Assembly (NCBI GenBank): GCA_965198175.1
Contig: OZ240245.1
Location: 3,680,001-3,744,000 of the forward strand
Length of the DNA stretch: 64,000 nucleotides
Direction of reading: 5' to 3'
Source of the DNA: Candidatus Poribacteria bacterium
Lineage (GTDB): Bacteria; Poribacteria; WGA-4E; PCPOR2b
The number at the start of each line of letters is the position of its first letter. The first letter of the stretch is position 1. Under the pieces are notes generated by a model. That model was not told the DNA's origin, did no database searches, and worked only from the letters and a program-made list of their open reading frames with translations. Shown here in pieces: positions 40,817-50,625 of the stretch. The position numbers were made by a program, and so were the translations under genes.

Positions 40817-41845
40817 TTATTCTGGATTGTTAATCCCCGTGCCAACCTGTTTAATCCAACTCCAGGTCAATGGACGCTTCTCGCCGGGCGATACGGCAAA
40901 CTGCACAACAAAGTCAGGGTCAAACCAGTCGGGAGATCGGCTCCCCTGCCATTCCGCGGCGAGTGGCAGGACTTTTCCGTCGGCACGTAAATCGTTTACG
41001 ACTTCATCTGAATCCATCACAGCGATTTCCACAAACGGCGCATCCGATAGGACGAGCATTGTACCATCCGGAGACCACGCCGGGTCAAAGTCACAACGCG
41101 GTCCGGGCGTGAGATTCTTTACATTTTCTCCATTAGCATCCATTGTGTGGACATCGCCAGTACCATTGCGTCGGGAGGTCCAGACAATCTTTTGGCTGTC
41201 TGGCGACCAACGGGGGTAGCCGTCATCGCCGCGATGGTTGGTAAGATTCAGCAAGTTTTCGCCATTTGCATCCATGGTGTAGACATCTGAAAGAGTTCTG
41301 CCCCGCTTGGTAGCGAACGCAATCTTTCGACCGTCTGCCGACCAATCGGGTTGCTTGTCTGGGGCGGGATCGTTTGTGAGGTTCACCCCGACGTTCCCCT
41401 GAGCTGTCATTGTGTAGATTTCATAGTTGCCATCCCGGTTAGTGGTGAAGGCCATCCGCTGACCGCTCGGGTGCCAAGTAGGCCAGCTATCTTCTGCGTC
41501 ATGGTTGGTGAGTCTCCTGAGCTTCCCCCCGTCGGCGTTTACAACGTAGATATCAACGTTATCGTTCAGATCGGCATGGAACACAACCCTTCGGCCATCC
41601 GGGGACCACCTTACACCCAAGGGTTGGACGTCTGCTTTCAGTTGTAGGTCCAATAATGGGCGTAGATTTTCCCCGTCAGGGTCCATCAGCCAAAGATCGC
41701 CGTCCGGTTGGCTGCTGGAAAAAACGATTGTCGGGTCATCGGGTGCCTGCTGTGCTTGAGCGCCTACGGAAAGCATCAAGCTACTCAGAAAAAGCACACC
41801 GACCGATAAAAGAGTCCGCGTGGCTAATGGTAATCTGGGTTGCAT
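40817..41845 (-). CDS. Exported TolB-like/PD40 beta-propeller protein (paralog 3)
   Basis: Signal peptide; PD40 repeats; tail AVSPGEKRPLTWSWIKQ. Confidence 0.85.
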   Translation of the reverse strand: MQPRLPLATRTLLSVGVLFLSSLMLSVGAQAQQAPDDPTIVFSSSQPDGDLWLMDPDGENLRPLLDLQLKADVQPLGVRWSPDGRRVVFHADLNDNVDIYVVNADGGKLRRLTNHDAEDSWPTWHPSGQRMAFTTNRDGNYEIYTMTAQGNVGVNLTNDPAPDKQPDWSADGRKIAFATKRGRTLSDVYTMDANGENLLNLTNHRGDDGYPRWSPDSQKIVWTSRRNGTGDVHTMDANGENVKNLTPGPRCDFDPAWSPDGTMLVLSDAPFVEIAVMDSDEVVNDLRADGKVLPLAAEWQGSRSPDWFDPDFVVQFAVSPGEKRPLTWSWIKQVGTGINNPE

Positions 41846-42036
41846 TGTTATTACCTCTTCTCGCTGTGTTGGTAGTTTGGGTCGGAAGATACAAATCTGA
41901 AAAGGAGAAATCCCTTACTCCATTCAAGGACAACCTTCGGCGAGTTATCTGGATTGTTCATTTTGCTCAACATAACATTCCGGACAAACCACTATGAGAC
42001 CTCGACAGGATAGGGGTTACACGTAATTATACCATT

Positions 42037-42065
42037 ATTTTATTACTTATGGCTCTAAATGTCAA
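42037..42065 (-). promoter_or_regulatory. sigma70-type promoter upstream of TolB-like paralog 3
   Basis: Minus strand TTGACA-17 nt-TAAAAT. Confidence 0.65.
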
Positions 42066-42304
42066 CCTATTTAGTATACTACCACCTAACCGTTCTCAGA
42101 CCTGAATAAAGAGAGGACCATTGTTCAATTGCTACTAAATTGTCGGACAAGTTTCGAACGGTGGTATCAATCGACTGAACGCGGGGCATCCCTGTCCCGA
42201 TAATCCGGGCTAAGAAGCCTTCCTAAAGTTATTGTCAACGCTAACCGCACCTCGAATTAGCTCGCACTGACAGAAGTAATGGATCCGTTCGTCAGGGAAC
42301 GAGT

Positions 42305-42328
42305 GTAGGATTCGGAATCCCGACCTAC
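42305..42328. repeat. GTAG-type REP-like palindrome
   Basis: gtaggattcggaatcccgacctac. Confidence 0.45.
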
Positions 42329-42393
42329 CGATTCAAAATTCACATTAGGCTGTATTAAGGTCGAGTCCTTACGGAGATTTGTGAACTGGATTA

Positions 42394-44343
42394 CTATTTG
42401 CTTTGTGTCCGCCTTGCTTGTCGAATGGCATGAAGCCCCTGCTGATAAGCTGGGTTATCCGGCTGTAGCGTCAGTGCTTTCTGGATGGTATCCTCTGCCT
42501 TCGCGTAGTTCTTGCTGCGGTAATACAACCAAGACAGCGTGTTCAGGTATTCCGCCGAGTTGGGCTGAAGTTCGACTGCTTTTTGCGCTAGTTCAAGCGC
42601 TCTGTCGAGGTAGATGTCCTTGGCGCCGTATAGATGTGCCAACCGTTCATAAGCATGGTGAAAAGAGGTCCCGAGAGAAATTGCCCGTTGATATGCCTGC
42701 TCTGCTTCATCAATCTGATTTCGCATCGTATAGATTGTACCCAGGAAGTAGTGTGCATCAGCCATATCTGGTTGGCGTTTCAGCGCTGCATTCAAATTAT
42801 CTGCACCCTCATCTAGCTGTCCTTCCTTGACAGCGATAGCACCGAGGATGTAATACGGCTCAGCAAGGTCGGGGTCGTTTCTAACGACCTGTTTATAGTG
42901 ATGAGCGGCCTGGCGAAACATCCCCTGGCGTAAGTAGACGCGGGCAAGACCTAGGTGAATCTTTGAATCGTTTAACCCAAAGGACAGAAGTTTTTCAAAG
43001 GCTTCCTGAGCCTCATGAAAACGGGACAGTTGAAAGGCAATATTGCCTAGGTTCTGCCACGCTACTGCGGAGTCGGGTTCGAACTCCAGAGCCTTGCGAT
43101 ACGCTGAATGGGCGCGTTCATACTCGTCTTCTTTTTTTGAAGTCTGAGCTTTCTTGAACCAGATTGATCCCAGGCCGCTATACGCAGCAGCGAGCTCTGG
43201 CTCTAGTTCAATCACGTGCTGTTGAGCCGCGATAGCCTCCTCAATACGCCCCTGCATGGCATAGATGTGAGCGAGTCCTTCAAAGGCCTCGGATGCGTTC
43301 GGATCATGGGTGAGTGCTTTGTTGAACTGCTGTATTGCCTCATCGTAAATCTTGTCACGGCTGTATTCCCAGCCCGGCTGTATGGACAGCGCATCAGCCT
43401 GTGCCATACTCTTGAGACCCTTGTCTATAGCATCCTTCGCCGCCAAATGTCCCTTAATTTGCCGATACCGCTCCATCTCTGTTGCCGCTTCCGCCGTTTT
43501 ACCTTGCTTAAAATACAATAGCCCCAACTGGTAGCGAGCGCCTTCCATCTGGGCGTCAATGCGAATTGCCTCTTGGAACACTTCTACTGCTTCATCCTCC
43601 TGTTTCTGTGAGAGATAAACCAGTCCAAGTTGGAAATAGACCTTGGCGAGGGGCGGTCCCAAGCTGATAGCCCGTTCGTAGTGTTCGGCAGCTTGGTCAA
43701 CCTTGCCCCGCTCAAACGCAATACGCCCAAGAAAGTAACTCACATGGGCTGGCAACAGCAAGTCCAGTTTATATGTCCCAGCTCCCGCCTGAGGTGAGGA
43801 CGGTGCAGTTCGATACTGCCGAGATTCTGGCGACATCATGAGCAAAAAAGCTTTCTCGAATTCAGCGTGTGCTCGATCATAGTTGTGCCGTTGAAAGTGA
43901 ACAATTCCCAACTGCGCGTGAGCCTGATCCCAGTCCGGGAAAAGGTGGATAGCTCGCTCAAGCACAGCTATCGCCTTTTCATATTTCTCCTGTAGGTAGT
44001 AGATGCCGCCCAAGCGATAGTACACACTGGTATCATTTGAATTCAACCGAAGCGCGCTTTCAAACGCCGCTTCTGCTTGGTCTGTCGCATCAAGTGACAA
44101 ATACGCCAGACCGAGATTCAGGTGCGCCTCGGCGGACGTCGGGTTATCATCTACCGCCTTTTGATATTGAGCCACCGCTTGTGACAATCCCAGCGTCGCC
44201 TCCTGAGATTGTGCTGCTAGGCACAGTCCCAGCAGCATGACTGAAAAAAAGTCTACAATTCTACAACGGTCGCTTGTTCGAAGGGGGAAATATGCGTTCA
44301 AGAACGTCTCTTCATCTTCGCAGTCGTGTATTTCGGTATCCAT
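42394..44343 (-). CDS. Tetratricopeptide repeat protein (probably exported; start uncertain)
   Basis: Many A..LG..Y...G...A......A....P repeats; hydrophobic leader. Confidence 0.85.
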   Translation of the reverse strand: MDTEIHDCEDEETFLNAYFPLRTSDRCRIVDFFSVMLLGLCLAAQSQEATLGLSQAVAQYQKAVDDNPTSAEAHLNLGLAYLSLDATDQAEAAFESALRLNSNDTSVYYRLGGIYYLQEKYEKAIAVLERAIHLFPDWDQAHAQLGIVHFQRHNYDRAHAEFEKAFLLMMSPESRQYRTAPSSPQAGAGTYKLDLLLPAHVSYFLGRIAFERGKVDQAAEHYERAISLGPPLAKVYFQLGLVYLSQKQEDEAVEVFQEAIRIDAQMEGARYQLGLLYFKQGKTAEAATEMERYRQIKGHLAAKDAIDKGLKSMAQADALSIQPGWEYSRDKIYDEAIQQFNKALTHDPNASEAFEGLAHIYAMQGRIEEAIAAQQHVIELEPELAAAYSGLGSIWFKKAQTSKKEDEYERAHSAYRKALEFEPDSAVAWQNLGNIAFQLSRFHEAQEAFEKLLSFGLNDSKIHLGLARVYLRQGMFRQAAHHYKQVVRNDPDLAEPYYILGAIAVKEGQLDEGADNLNAALKRQPDMADAHYFLGTIYTMRNQIDEAEQAYQRAISLGTSFHHAYERLAHLYGAKDIYLDRALELAQKAVELQPNSAEYLNTLSWLYYRSKNYAKAEDTIQKALTLQPDNPAYQQGLHAIRQARRTQSK

Positions 44344-44370
44344 TAAATTGATACTGGATTCTAGGTAATG

Positions 44371-45420
44371 TTAATTGCTCGGTCCCAACTGTTTGAGCCA
44401 TCCCCAAGTTAACGGGCGCTTTTCAACGGGCGAAACTTCGAAAGGTGGCGCAGGAAATGCGGGATCGAACCAAGCGGGAGAACGGGCGCGCTTGCCTTTT
44501 TCTAGCACTAGAATCTGTACAAAATTCATTGCTGCCTTGAGCTCCGCTTCAAGCGTTTCCCCGGCGCCAAGATTGCCGATCTCGTTGTAAATAAAGATAC
44601 CCTGTGGAAAAGACAAGGAGGCTATGCGTTTTCCGTCCGGAGACCAAGTTGCGTCCTTCTTTTCCTCTGTACTCTTGATCCACCGCTGATTCTCTCCATC
44701 TGGATCAATGAGGTAAACGTCGCCCGTTCCATCTCGGCGAGACACCCAAGCCAACGTTAGACCGTCTGGCGACCACTTCGGTTGTATGTCCTGACCCTTA
44801 TGATTGCTGAGATTCTGCAGGTTTTCGCCTTTCGCATCCATCACATATAGGTCTGCAATCGTCCGACCTCGCTTGGTCGAGAACGCAATCTTTCGGCCAT
44901 CTGGCGACCACGACGGTTCGGTGTCAGGCGCAGCATCCCCCGTGAGATTCGCGCCGACGTTCCCTTGAGCCGTCATTGTGTAGATTTCAAAGTTCCCGTC
45001 ACGTTTGGTGGCGAAGGCGAGCTTTTGACCGCTGGGGTGCCAAGTCGGCCAGCTATCTTCCGCCTCATGCTCGGTGAGCCTTCGGAGATTCTCGCCGTCA
45101 GCTCTAATCGTATAGATGTCAATGTTATTCGTCAAATCAGTATGGAAAGCCAGCATTTCACCGTTTGGGGACCATACCAAGCCCGTAGGTACAGGTTCCC
45201 CGCCAATTTCCAAAAGCAGGAGGCGATTTTCGCCAGCGGGATCCATTGACCAAATGCCAACCTCACCTCCCACCCCGTTGGTACCGATCGCAATGGTTGG
45301 TCCCACAGGCGCTTGTGCCCGTGCGCTCACTAGCAGGACAACACCGTTCAAGATAAGCACGCCGATGAACACAACAGGCGCGCATATGTTCCGAATCTGC
45401 ACAACTTGTCTGATTTGCAT
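44371..45420 (-). CDS. Exported TolB-like/PD40 beta-propeller protein (paralog 4)
   Basis: Signal peptide; PD40 repeats; tail EVSPVEKRPLTWGWLKQ. Confidence 0.85.
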   Translation of the reverse strand: MQIRQVVQIRNICAPVVFIGVLILNGVVLLVSARAQAPVGPTIAIGTNGVGGEVGIWSMDPAGENRLLLLEIGGEPVPTGLVWSPNGEMLAFHTDLTNNIDIYTIRADGENLRRLTEHEAEDSWPTWHPSGQKLAFATKRDGNFEIYTMTAQGNVGANLTGDAAPDTEPSWSPDGRKIAFSTKRGRTIADLYVMDAKGENLQNLSNHKGQDIQPKWSPDGLTLAWVSRRDGTGDVYLIDPDGENQRWIKSTEEKKDATWSPDGKRIASLSFPQGIFIYNEIGNLGAGETLEAELKAAMNFVQILVLEKGKRARSPAWFDPAFPAPPFEVSPVEKRPLTWGWLKQLGPSN

Positions 45421-45455
45421 AGCGTATCACCTCTTTGTGTAGTTGAAATTCTACG

Positions 45456-45509
45456 GAGAAGTCCGGAATTGCGAGAGAACTCTTGAACTACTGTTTCTCC
45501 GGACTTCTC
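45456..45509. repeat. 12-bp inverted repeat in the leader of TolB-like paralog 4
   Basis: gagaagtccgga ... tccggacttctc. Confidence 0.5.
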
Positions 45510-45650
45510 ACACTTACTCAGATACAGACTTATTCAAGTCGTTAAATCGCGGTAATAGTTTACGCGTCCTATCTTGAAAGAGTCTAGAACTTGCTCAAGT
45601 ATCCATCCGAAGTTTATTTTATCGCATACTTCATCAATGCTGCTAGCAAT

Positions 45651-47378
45651 CTACTCACCACTGGGCTCTGTGACGACAATCTCCTGATTCGGCGCAAGAT
45701 TTTTCAGAATTTGTAAAATTCCGCTCGGCCAAAGAATCTCAAGGCGATCCACTATGGCATAATCGCCGAGACCAAAGAGGCAGCGTGGATCATTACTACA
45801 CAGAATACTTGAACCAGCGCGCACCTCTTGAACCCACGACTGAGAGCCCACTGTCAATGTCAGCCGTGCACCGATTCCGTCCCGATTGCTAATCACACCC
45901 ACGAACTTTACCCGCAGCCAATTGTGGTGATTGCCACCTTCATTTCGCAGCAATTCCGCAGGCTGATTCACTTGTGTCGTCACTATATCCAAATCGCCAT
46001 CGTTGTCGTAATCCCCAAAGATTGCACCACGGCTGACACTTTCACGCTGAAAATACGTTCCCGAGTCGAACGACACCTCGGTGAACGTACCATCTCCGTT
46101 GTTATGAAATAGTTGATTGCGCTGTGCATAAGTAAGAGTGTCTGTTACCTGCGCAATATTGTCAATTATATGTCCATTCGCGATGAAGATATCCAGATAT
46201 CCATCGTTATCATAATCAAAAAAGCGTGTGCCAAAACCTACAAAGAGGAAGCTCCCCTCCCCTAGACGGGCGCCGTAAATCACATCAGAAAACGTCCCAT
46301 CCCCGTTGTTCTGGTAGAGTGCGTTCGTTTCATAGGATAGGTTGGTGACAAAGATGTCCTGAAACCCATCCCCATTATAGTCACCTGCATCAACCCCCAT
46401 ACCAGCCTGTGCCACACCATTGAAGCTATAAGCGCAGCCTGCTAGTAGCCCCATCTCGGTGAATGTACCGTCTCCATTGTTGTAGAAAAGGTAGTTTGGG
46501 GTATCGTCGTTGGCGACATAGATATCTACTTCACCGTCGCTGTTGAAATCCGCTGCGACGACGCCCAATCCTTTCCCGCTATGGGGTCCTTCAATTGCTT
46601 TGAACCCTGCAGCTTCGGTGACGTTCGTGAATGTACCATCTCCATTATTGTGAAAAAGCTGATCGGGCACTCCGTCGAAGTTTTTGGGGTGACAGAGAAT
46701 GCGAATCCCGTCGACTTCACAGGGAGCGTGGGGAATTTCCAGCGAATACCGCAGATAGTTAACCACGTAGAGGTCGAGGTTCCCATCACGGTCGTAATCA
46801 AGAAAAGTGGCGCTGCTGCCCCACAACGGGTCTCCTACCCCCGCGGCTTCGGTGACATTCGTAAAAGTGCCATCGCCGTTGTTCCGATAAAGCACATTGG
46901 GTCCCAAGTTCGTCACGTATAAATCGGGGTCCCCATCATTGTCATAATCACCGCAGGCAGCGCCGATGCCATAATTCCCGATGTTGCCCGCGCCTGCCTC
47001 ACTAGTAGCATTCGTGAATGTGCCATCGCCATTGTTGCGATAGAGAACACTTGTGTACGATTCCTCCGACGGTTCGCCTGGTAAATCACCGCTGTTGACG
47101 AGATAGAGATCGAGGTCCCCATCGGTGTCATAGTCAAAAAACGCTCCGCCAGCGCCGAGCTGTTCGGGCAAATGGTAATCACCCTTTGCCCCATTCTCGT
47201 GCCGAAACTGAATCCCCGCCTCCGCTGTCACATCAATGAACTGAATCCGATGCTCATCTGCACATACGTTGAGGTATATCAGCATGAACACTGCTGCAGA
47301 AAAGCGCGTGAGATTTGAGTCGAATGTTTCCGATTGGCTACTGTTGATTGTCGATGTCCTTTGCCAGACGAAAGCCAA
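45651..47378 (-). CDS. CRTAC1/ASPIC-UnbV family protein (FG-GAP/VCBS propeller plus UnbV domain; start uncertain)
   Basis: Repeated DYDNDGDxDLYV and LYRNNGDGTF motifs; C-terminal SNRDGIGARL...FGLG...EILWPSG. Confidence 0.9.
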   Translation of the reverse strand: MAFVWQRTSTINSSQSETFDSNLTRFSAAVFMLIYLNVCADEHRIQFIDVTAEAGIQFRHENGAKGDYHLPEQLGAGGAFFDYDTDGDLDLYLVNSGDLPGEPSEESYTSVLYRNNGDGTFTNATSEAGAGNIGNYGIGAACGDYDNDGDPDLYVTNLGPNVLYRNNGDGTFTNVTEAAGVGDPLWGSSATFLDYDRDGNLDLYVVNYLRYSLEIPHAPCEVDGIRILCHPKNFDGVPDQLFHNNGDGTFTNVTEAAGFKAIEGPHSGKGLGVVAADFNSDGEVDIYVANDDTPNYLFYNNGDGTFTEMGLLAGCAYSFNGVAQAGMGVDAGDYNGDGFQDIFVTNLSYETNALYQNNGDGTFSDVIYGARLGEGSFLFVGFGTRFFDYDNDGYLDIFIANGHIIDNIAQVTDTLTYAQRNQLFHNNGDGTFTEVSFDSGTYFQRESVSRGAIFGDYDNDGDLDIVTTQVNQPAELLRNEGGNHHNWLRVKFVGVISNRDGIGARLTLTVGSQSWVQEVRAGSSILCSNDPRCLFGLGDYAIVDRLEILWPSGILQILKNLAPNQEIVVTEPSGE

Positions 47379-48201
47379 TAAAACTCGTTCCGATTGCAGA
47401 ATGGTGCCCCATGCGCGTCATACATCGGGCTAGTTGCGGTCTATTAGCCCAGGAACCGCCCCGCACTACGCGGCGGCTCCCCACCTCAGGACCTGGTGGA
47501 TTTTGGGAAGGGCTCCGGTAGTAGTATGATTCGGAAAACCAATCTGCGACCCACTCCCAAACATTTCCGCCCATATCAAGTACGCCATATGGACTTGCAC
47601 CAGTCGGATAGTTCCCCACCGGTGCCAGCCCGTTGTCATAACCATCCCGCCCATTCCACACATTAGCGTGAACATTTGCCCCGCCAATCGAAACGAAGAA
47701 GGCGTTGCCCCAAGGCCAAACACGTTCGTCCGTTCCGCGCGCCGCTTTCTCCCATTCTGCTTCTGTCGGCAGCCGTTTTTTCACCCATTTCGCATAGGCG
47801 TCGGCAGCGTTCCAAGAAACACCTACGACCGGATAGTTTGGCTTCGTCTGCGCAATCTGAGGCCAATCACCGATACCAATCTCTTCACCGTAACTAACAG
47901 GAGTGTACGCGCTGTTTTCCCCGCCATCAGACTTCCAGAAAGAAAGATATTCCGCGTTGGTGACCTCGTGTTTGTCGATGTAATACGCATCAAGCGAAAT
48001 TTGGTGTGCGGGTTTTGTGCCAATTCCTCCTGCACCGTCGCCCATGGTGAATTTACCGGTGGGGACCAACACCATCCCGTCAGGTGGCGCCATAGGTTTC
48101 TGGCGTTCAGCCGACACAGAGCGCACTTCGCTTGTCAGGAGATTCAGGATAACCCCGAAGGTACAAAAAAGATAGAAGGTGATACGATAGTTAGTTGACA
48201 T
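47338..48201 (-). CDS. FGE-sulfatase (SUMF1-fold) domain protein, exported
   Basis: YIDKHEVTNAEY, RLPTEAEWEKAARG, DMGGNVWEW, RGGSW and IGFRL motifs; lacks the catalytic Cys pair of true FGE. Confidence 0.88.
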   Translation of the reverse strand: MSTNYRITFYLFCTFGVILNLLTSEVRSVSAERQKPMAPPDGMVLVPTGKFTMGDGAGGIGTKPAHQISLDAYYIDKHEVTNAEYLSFWKSDGGENSAYTPVSYGEEIGIGDWPQIAQTKPNYPVVGVSWNAADAYAKWVKKRLPTEAEWEKAARGTDERVWPWGNAFFVSIGGANVHANVWNGRDGYDNGLAPVGNYPTGASPYGVLDMGGNVWEWVADWFSESYYYRSPSQNPPGPEVGSRRVVRGGSWANRPQLARCMTRMGHHSAIGTSFIGFRLAKDIDNQQ

Positions 48202-48212
48202 CGTAAACTAGC

Positions 48213-49403
48213 TTATTTTTCAGTCGTGAGGCGCTGATACAGACGGTATTCTTCTTTCGCCATTGCGCTGTCTCCTACGAGCTCATAGGTTTTCGATAGA
48301 TTCAAGTGAAAACGTGATTCGGAAGGGTTTAGACTAATCGCCGATTGAAACTGTTCAATGGCTTGGGGGTATTTCCCCATCATCGAATAGATACCGCCGA
48401 GACTGTTCCGATACGTCGCAACGTTGGGGCGGCGCTGAACAACCTCTTGATATGCCTCCAATGCTTTCCCGTAGACTTTCAATTGGAAATAAACGTAACC
48501 TAGAGCTTCGTAGCCGCGCACGGATTGTGGGTTGAGCGCGATGCACTTTTCAAACGCGAAGGCGGCAGCACCCCATTGAGCCCGTCCCATTTGAAGACGC
48601 CCCAACCGATACCATGCTTCAAGGTTTGTGGCGTCACTTCCTACTAGGCGTTGGAGACGCTCAATCTCTTCCTCCTCACGGGTCAACCTTTGAAAGGTTT
48701 CTAAAGCCTCCTTTCCTTCTTCTGACCGGTCCATACGGCGATAACAGTTCCCAAGACTCAGGTATGCCTTGGCATGGAACGCATCCTGCTCGATTATCTG
48801 TTTGAAGTGTACACTCGCTGTTTCAAATTCACCCCGCTGGAAATAAGCTAAGCCGAGCGTATAAAACGCCTCTGCTCGCGACGGGTCAAGTTCTATGGCG
48901 CGCTGGAGTTCATAAATCGAATCATTAAGCCGATGCTGTCGAAAGTACGCTATACCCAAAAGCCGATAGCTTTCTGCATGATGAGGATCCATCTGAACCG
49001 CTTTCTGAAGCGGCGGAATCGCCTTCGATGCCTGCGCCAGCACTTTCAGGTATGTATCACCCAATTTGTAGTAGGCTTCAATGTAGTTCGGATCCGCAAT
49101 CGTAGCTTGTTGAAACGCATGAGATGCGCTGTTCCACTGTTGCTGCGCCCCGTAAACCATTCCTAGGTAGTAGTGTGCGTCCGATAGTGACGAGTCAAGC
49201 GTGACGGCGCGCTGGAAGGCCACCTGCGCCTTTTCATAATCTCGACGAAAAATAGCACGCTGCCCTTCGTCGTAAGCTCGAGCGGCTTGATGAGTCTCGA
49301 AATTCGCCTTAGTGGCTTCCATTCCTCCCACGGCAGACAGCACCCAAATAACGCTTGCTAGAAGTGGTACATTCCATGTCTTTTTGGGAATTTCTTCTAT
49401 CAT
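48213..49403 (-). CDS. Tetratricopeptide repeat protein
   Basis: TPR array; start moved to ATG 49403 because the longer ORF crosses a terminator-like hairpin (49423-49466). Confidence 0.8.
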   Translation of the reverse strand: MIEEIPKKTWNVPLLASVIWVLSAVGGMEATKANFETHQAARAYDEGQRAIFRRDYEKAQVAFQRAVTLDSSLSDAHYYLGMVYGAQQQWNSASHAFQQATIADPNYIEAYYKLGDTYLKVLAQASKAIPPLQKAVQMDPHHAESYRLLGIAYFRQHRLNDSIYELQRAIELDPSRAEAFYTLGLAYFQRGEFETASVHFKQIIEQDAFHAKAYLSLGNCYRRMDRSEEGKEALETFQRLTREEEEIERLQRLVGSDATNLEAWYRLGRLQMGRAQWGAAAFAFEKCIALNPQSVRGYEALGYVYFQLKVYGKALEAYQEVVQRRPNVATYRNSLGGIYSMMGKYPQAIEQFQSAISLNPSESRFHLNLSKTYELVGDSAMAKEEYRLYQRLTTEK

Positions 49404-49422
49404 CACAAAATGTAAACAGATA

Positions 49423-49466
49423 AGGAAAAACCCATCCCGCACACGTGTCCACGACGGGTTTTTCCT
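49423..49466 (-). terminator. Terminator-like hairpin after LamG paralog 1
   Basis: aggaaaaaccc...gggtttttcct; homologous hairpins follow the other two LamG genes. Confidence 0.65.
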
Positions 49467-49528
49467 GAAACCAAATCCACTCAGAGCGTCATGAGTTTTA
49501 CGGGCTAACATTACTCACAACGTTGCGG

Positions 49529-50434
49529 TTAAGGGGTGACATGCCATAGCTTTTTGCTGGTCTTTATCTCCGCCCATGTTGTGGACAATTTCTCAGCCGG
49601 TGCAACACTGAGCGCAGCAGCAACTGCAAGCCCGTCCCGCATGATAGATGATATCTCATCTTCGCTCAAAACCCTGCTGAATACCCCGATGTCGTCCACT
49701 GTGACTTGAGCAGAAGAACCGAATCTGCCGCAAATATGCCAAGGACCGTGTTCATCGGTCCGAATAAAGGGTTTCGCACCGGGACCCCGATGCATGAATT
49801 CACCATTAAGGTAAATTACTGTCTCTTCACTGTTGCCCGTAAACGCATAGTGATTCATCTCCCCGCCGTTTGCAGGAAACCACCAGTGACCGCGCTGGGG
49901 AGGTTTACCGTACTGCCACATGATAAACTCCCCCGCGCCGTCATCCCATGGAAAATGGACCAAAATGCGTTGGTCCCACGGACCGCCGGGCTCGTAGGAA
50001 AATAGATCTTTCTGCGCCGCGCTGCCGATTTTATCGTTGCGCTGCACCCATGCGGTTATGGTAATTGCTGTCTCATCGGGAAGATCGCCGGCAGCCTCAT
50101 CATCCTCGTCAGGACCCAAGCGCTCATCCTTGATGAAATTCGGGATGCTGATAACGCTGCCCTCACCTTCACATTTCAGAGCCTTGCCGAACTTGCCGTC
50201 AACCCACTTTGGTTTTTCTCCAGGGTTAACCCCCCAGTGACCGCCTTCCAACGTGCCGTCCATGTCATGAGGGTTGCCCGAAGCATCTTCGACTATGCCG
50301 CCTTCGCCTTCATCAAAGAGCCAAATGGCAATGATGTCGGCGGGGTCCAGTGCAGCGAACGTTGGGACGGCAAGCAGCAGCCCCACGAGTGCAACAGTGC
50401 TGACACATGCCAGCGTTCTTAGCATAGATTTCAT
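49529..50434 (-). CDS. Exported LamG/concanavalin A-like jelly-roll protein (paralog 1)
   Basis: Signal peptide; AIWLFDEGEG, WVDGKFGKAL, ITITAWV and VDDIGVFSRVLSEDEI motifs; tail VAPAEKLSTTWAEIK. Confidence 0.85.
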   Translation of the reverse strand: MKSMLRTLACVSTVALVGLLLAVPTFAALDPADIIAIWLFDEGEGGIVEDASGNPHDMDGTLEGGHWGVNPGEKPKWVDGKFGKALKCEGEGSVISIPNFIKDERLGPDEDDEAAGDLPDETAITITAWVQRNDKIGSAAQKDLFSYEPGGPWDQRILVHFPWDDGAGEFIMWQYGKPPQRGHWWFPANGGEMNHYAFTGNSEETVIYLNGEFMHRGPGAKPFIRTDEHGPWHICGRFGSSAQVTVDDIGVFSRVLSEDEISSIMRDGLAVAAALSVAPAEKLSTTWAEIKTSKKLWHVTP

Positions 50435-50625
50435 TTAGCATTACCTCCATCTGCAGCCGGTACGGTATAGGATGGCTGAATGCATACCGCTATAGAAAAT
50501 CCCATCCCGAATACCTGTACACGGCGAGTTTTTCCAAAACCAAATCTACGTACAACGGCGCAAGTTGTTAAACCGCTAGATTAGCATTACTCACGTCGTT
50601 GTGGTTAAGAGTAGACATATCTTAG

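Larger units (their letters stand above)
38429..40850. repeat. Tandem duplication unit B (about 2.42 kb)
   Basis: 38429-38790 differs from 36007-36370 at 3 positions by eye; 40348-40850 appears identical to 37930-38432. Confidence 0.92.

Noticed and set aside
36007..40850. Shufflon or integron cassette array
   Set aside because: No recombinase or integrase, no inverted cassettes and no attC-like sites were seen; the repeats are long direct duplications.
36357..45420. True tolB of the Tol-Pal system
   Set aside because: The proteins lack the TolB N-terminal domain and no tolQRA or pal genes are adjacent, so no gene symbol was given.
49404..49511. N-terminal extension of the TPR ORF
   Set aside because: It runs through the conserved non-coding module and terminator hairpin that follows each LamG gene.
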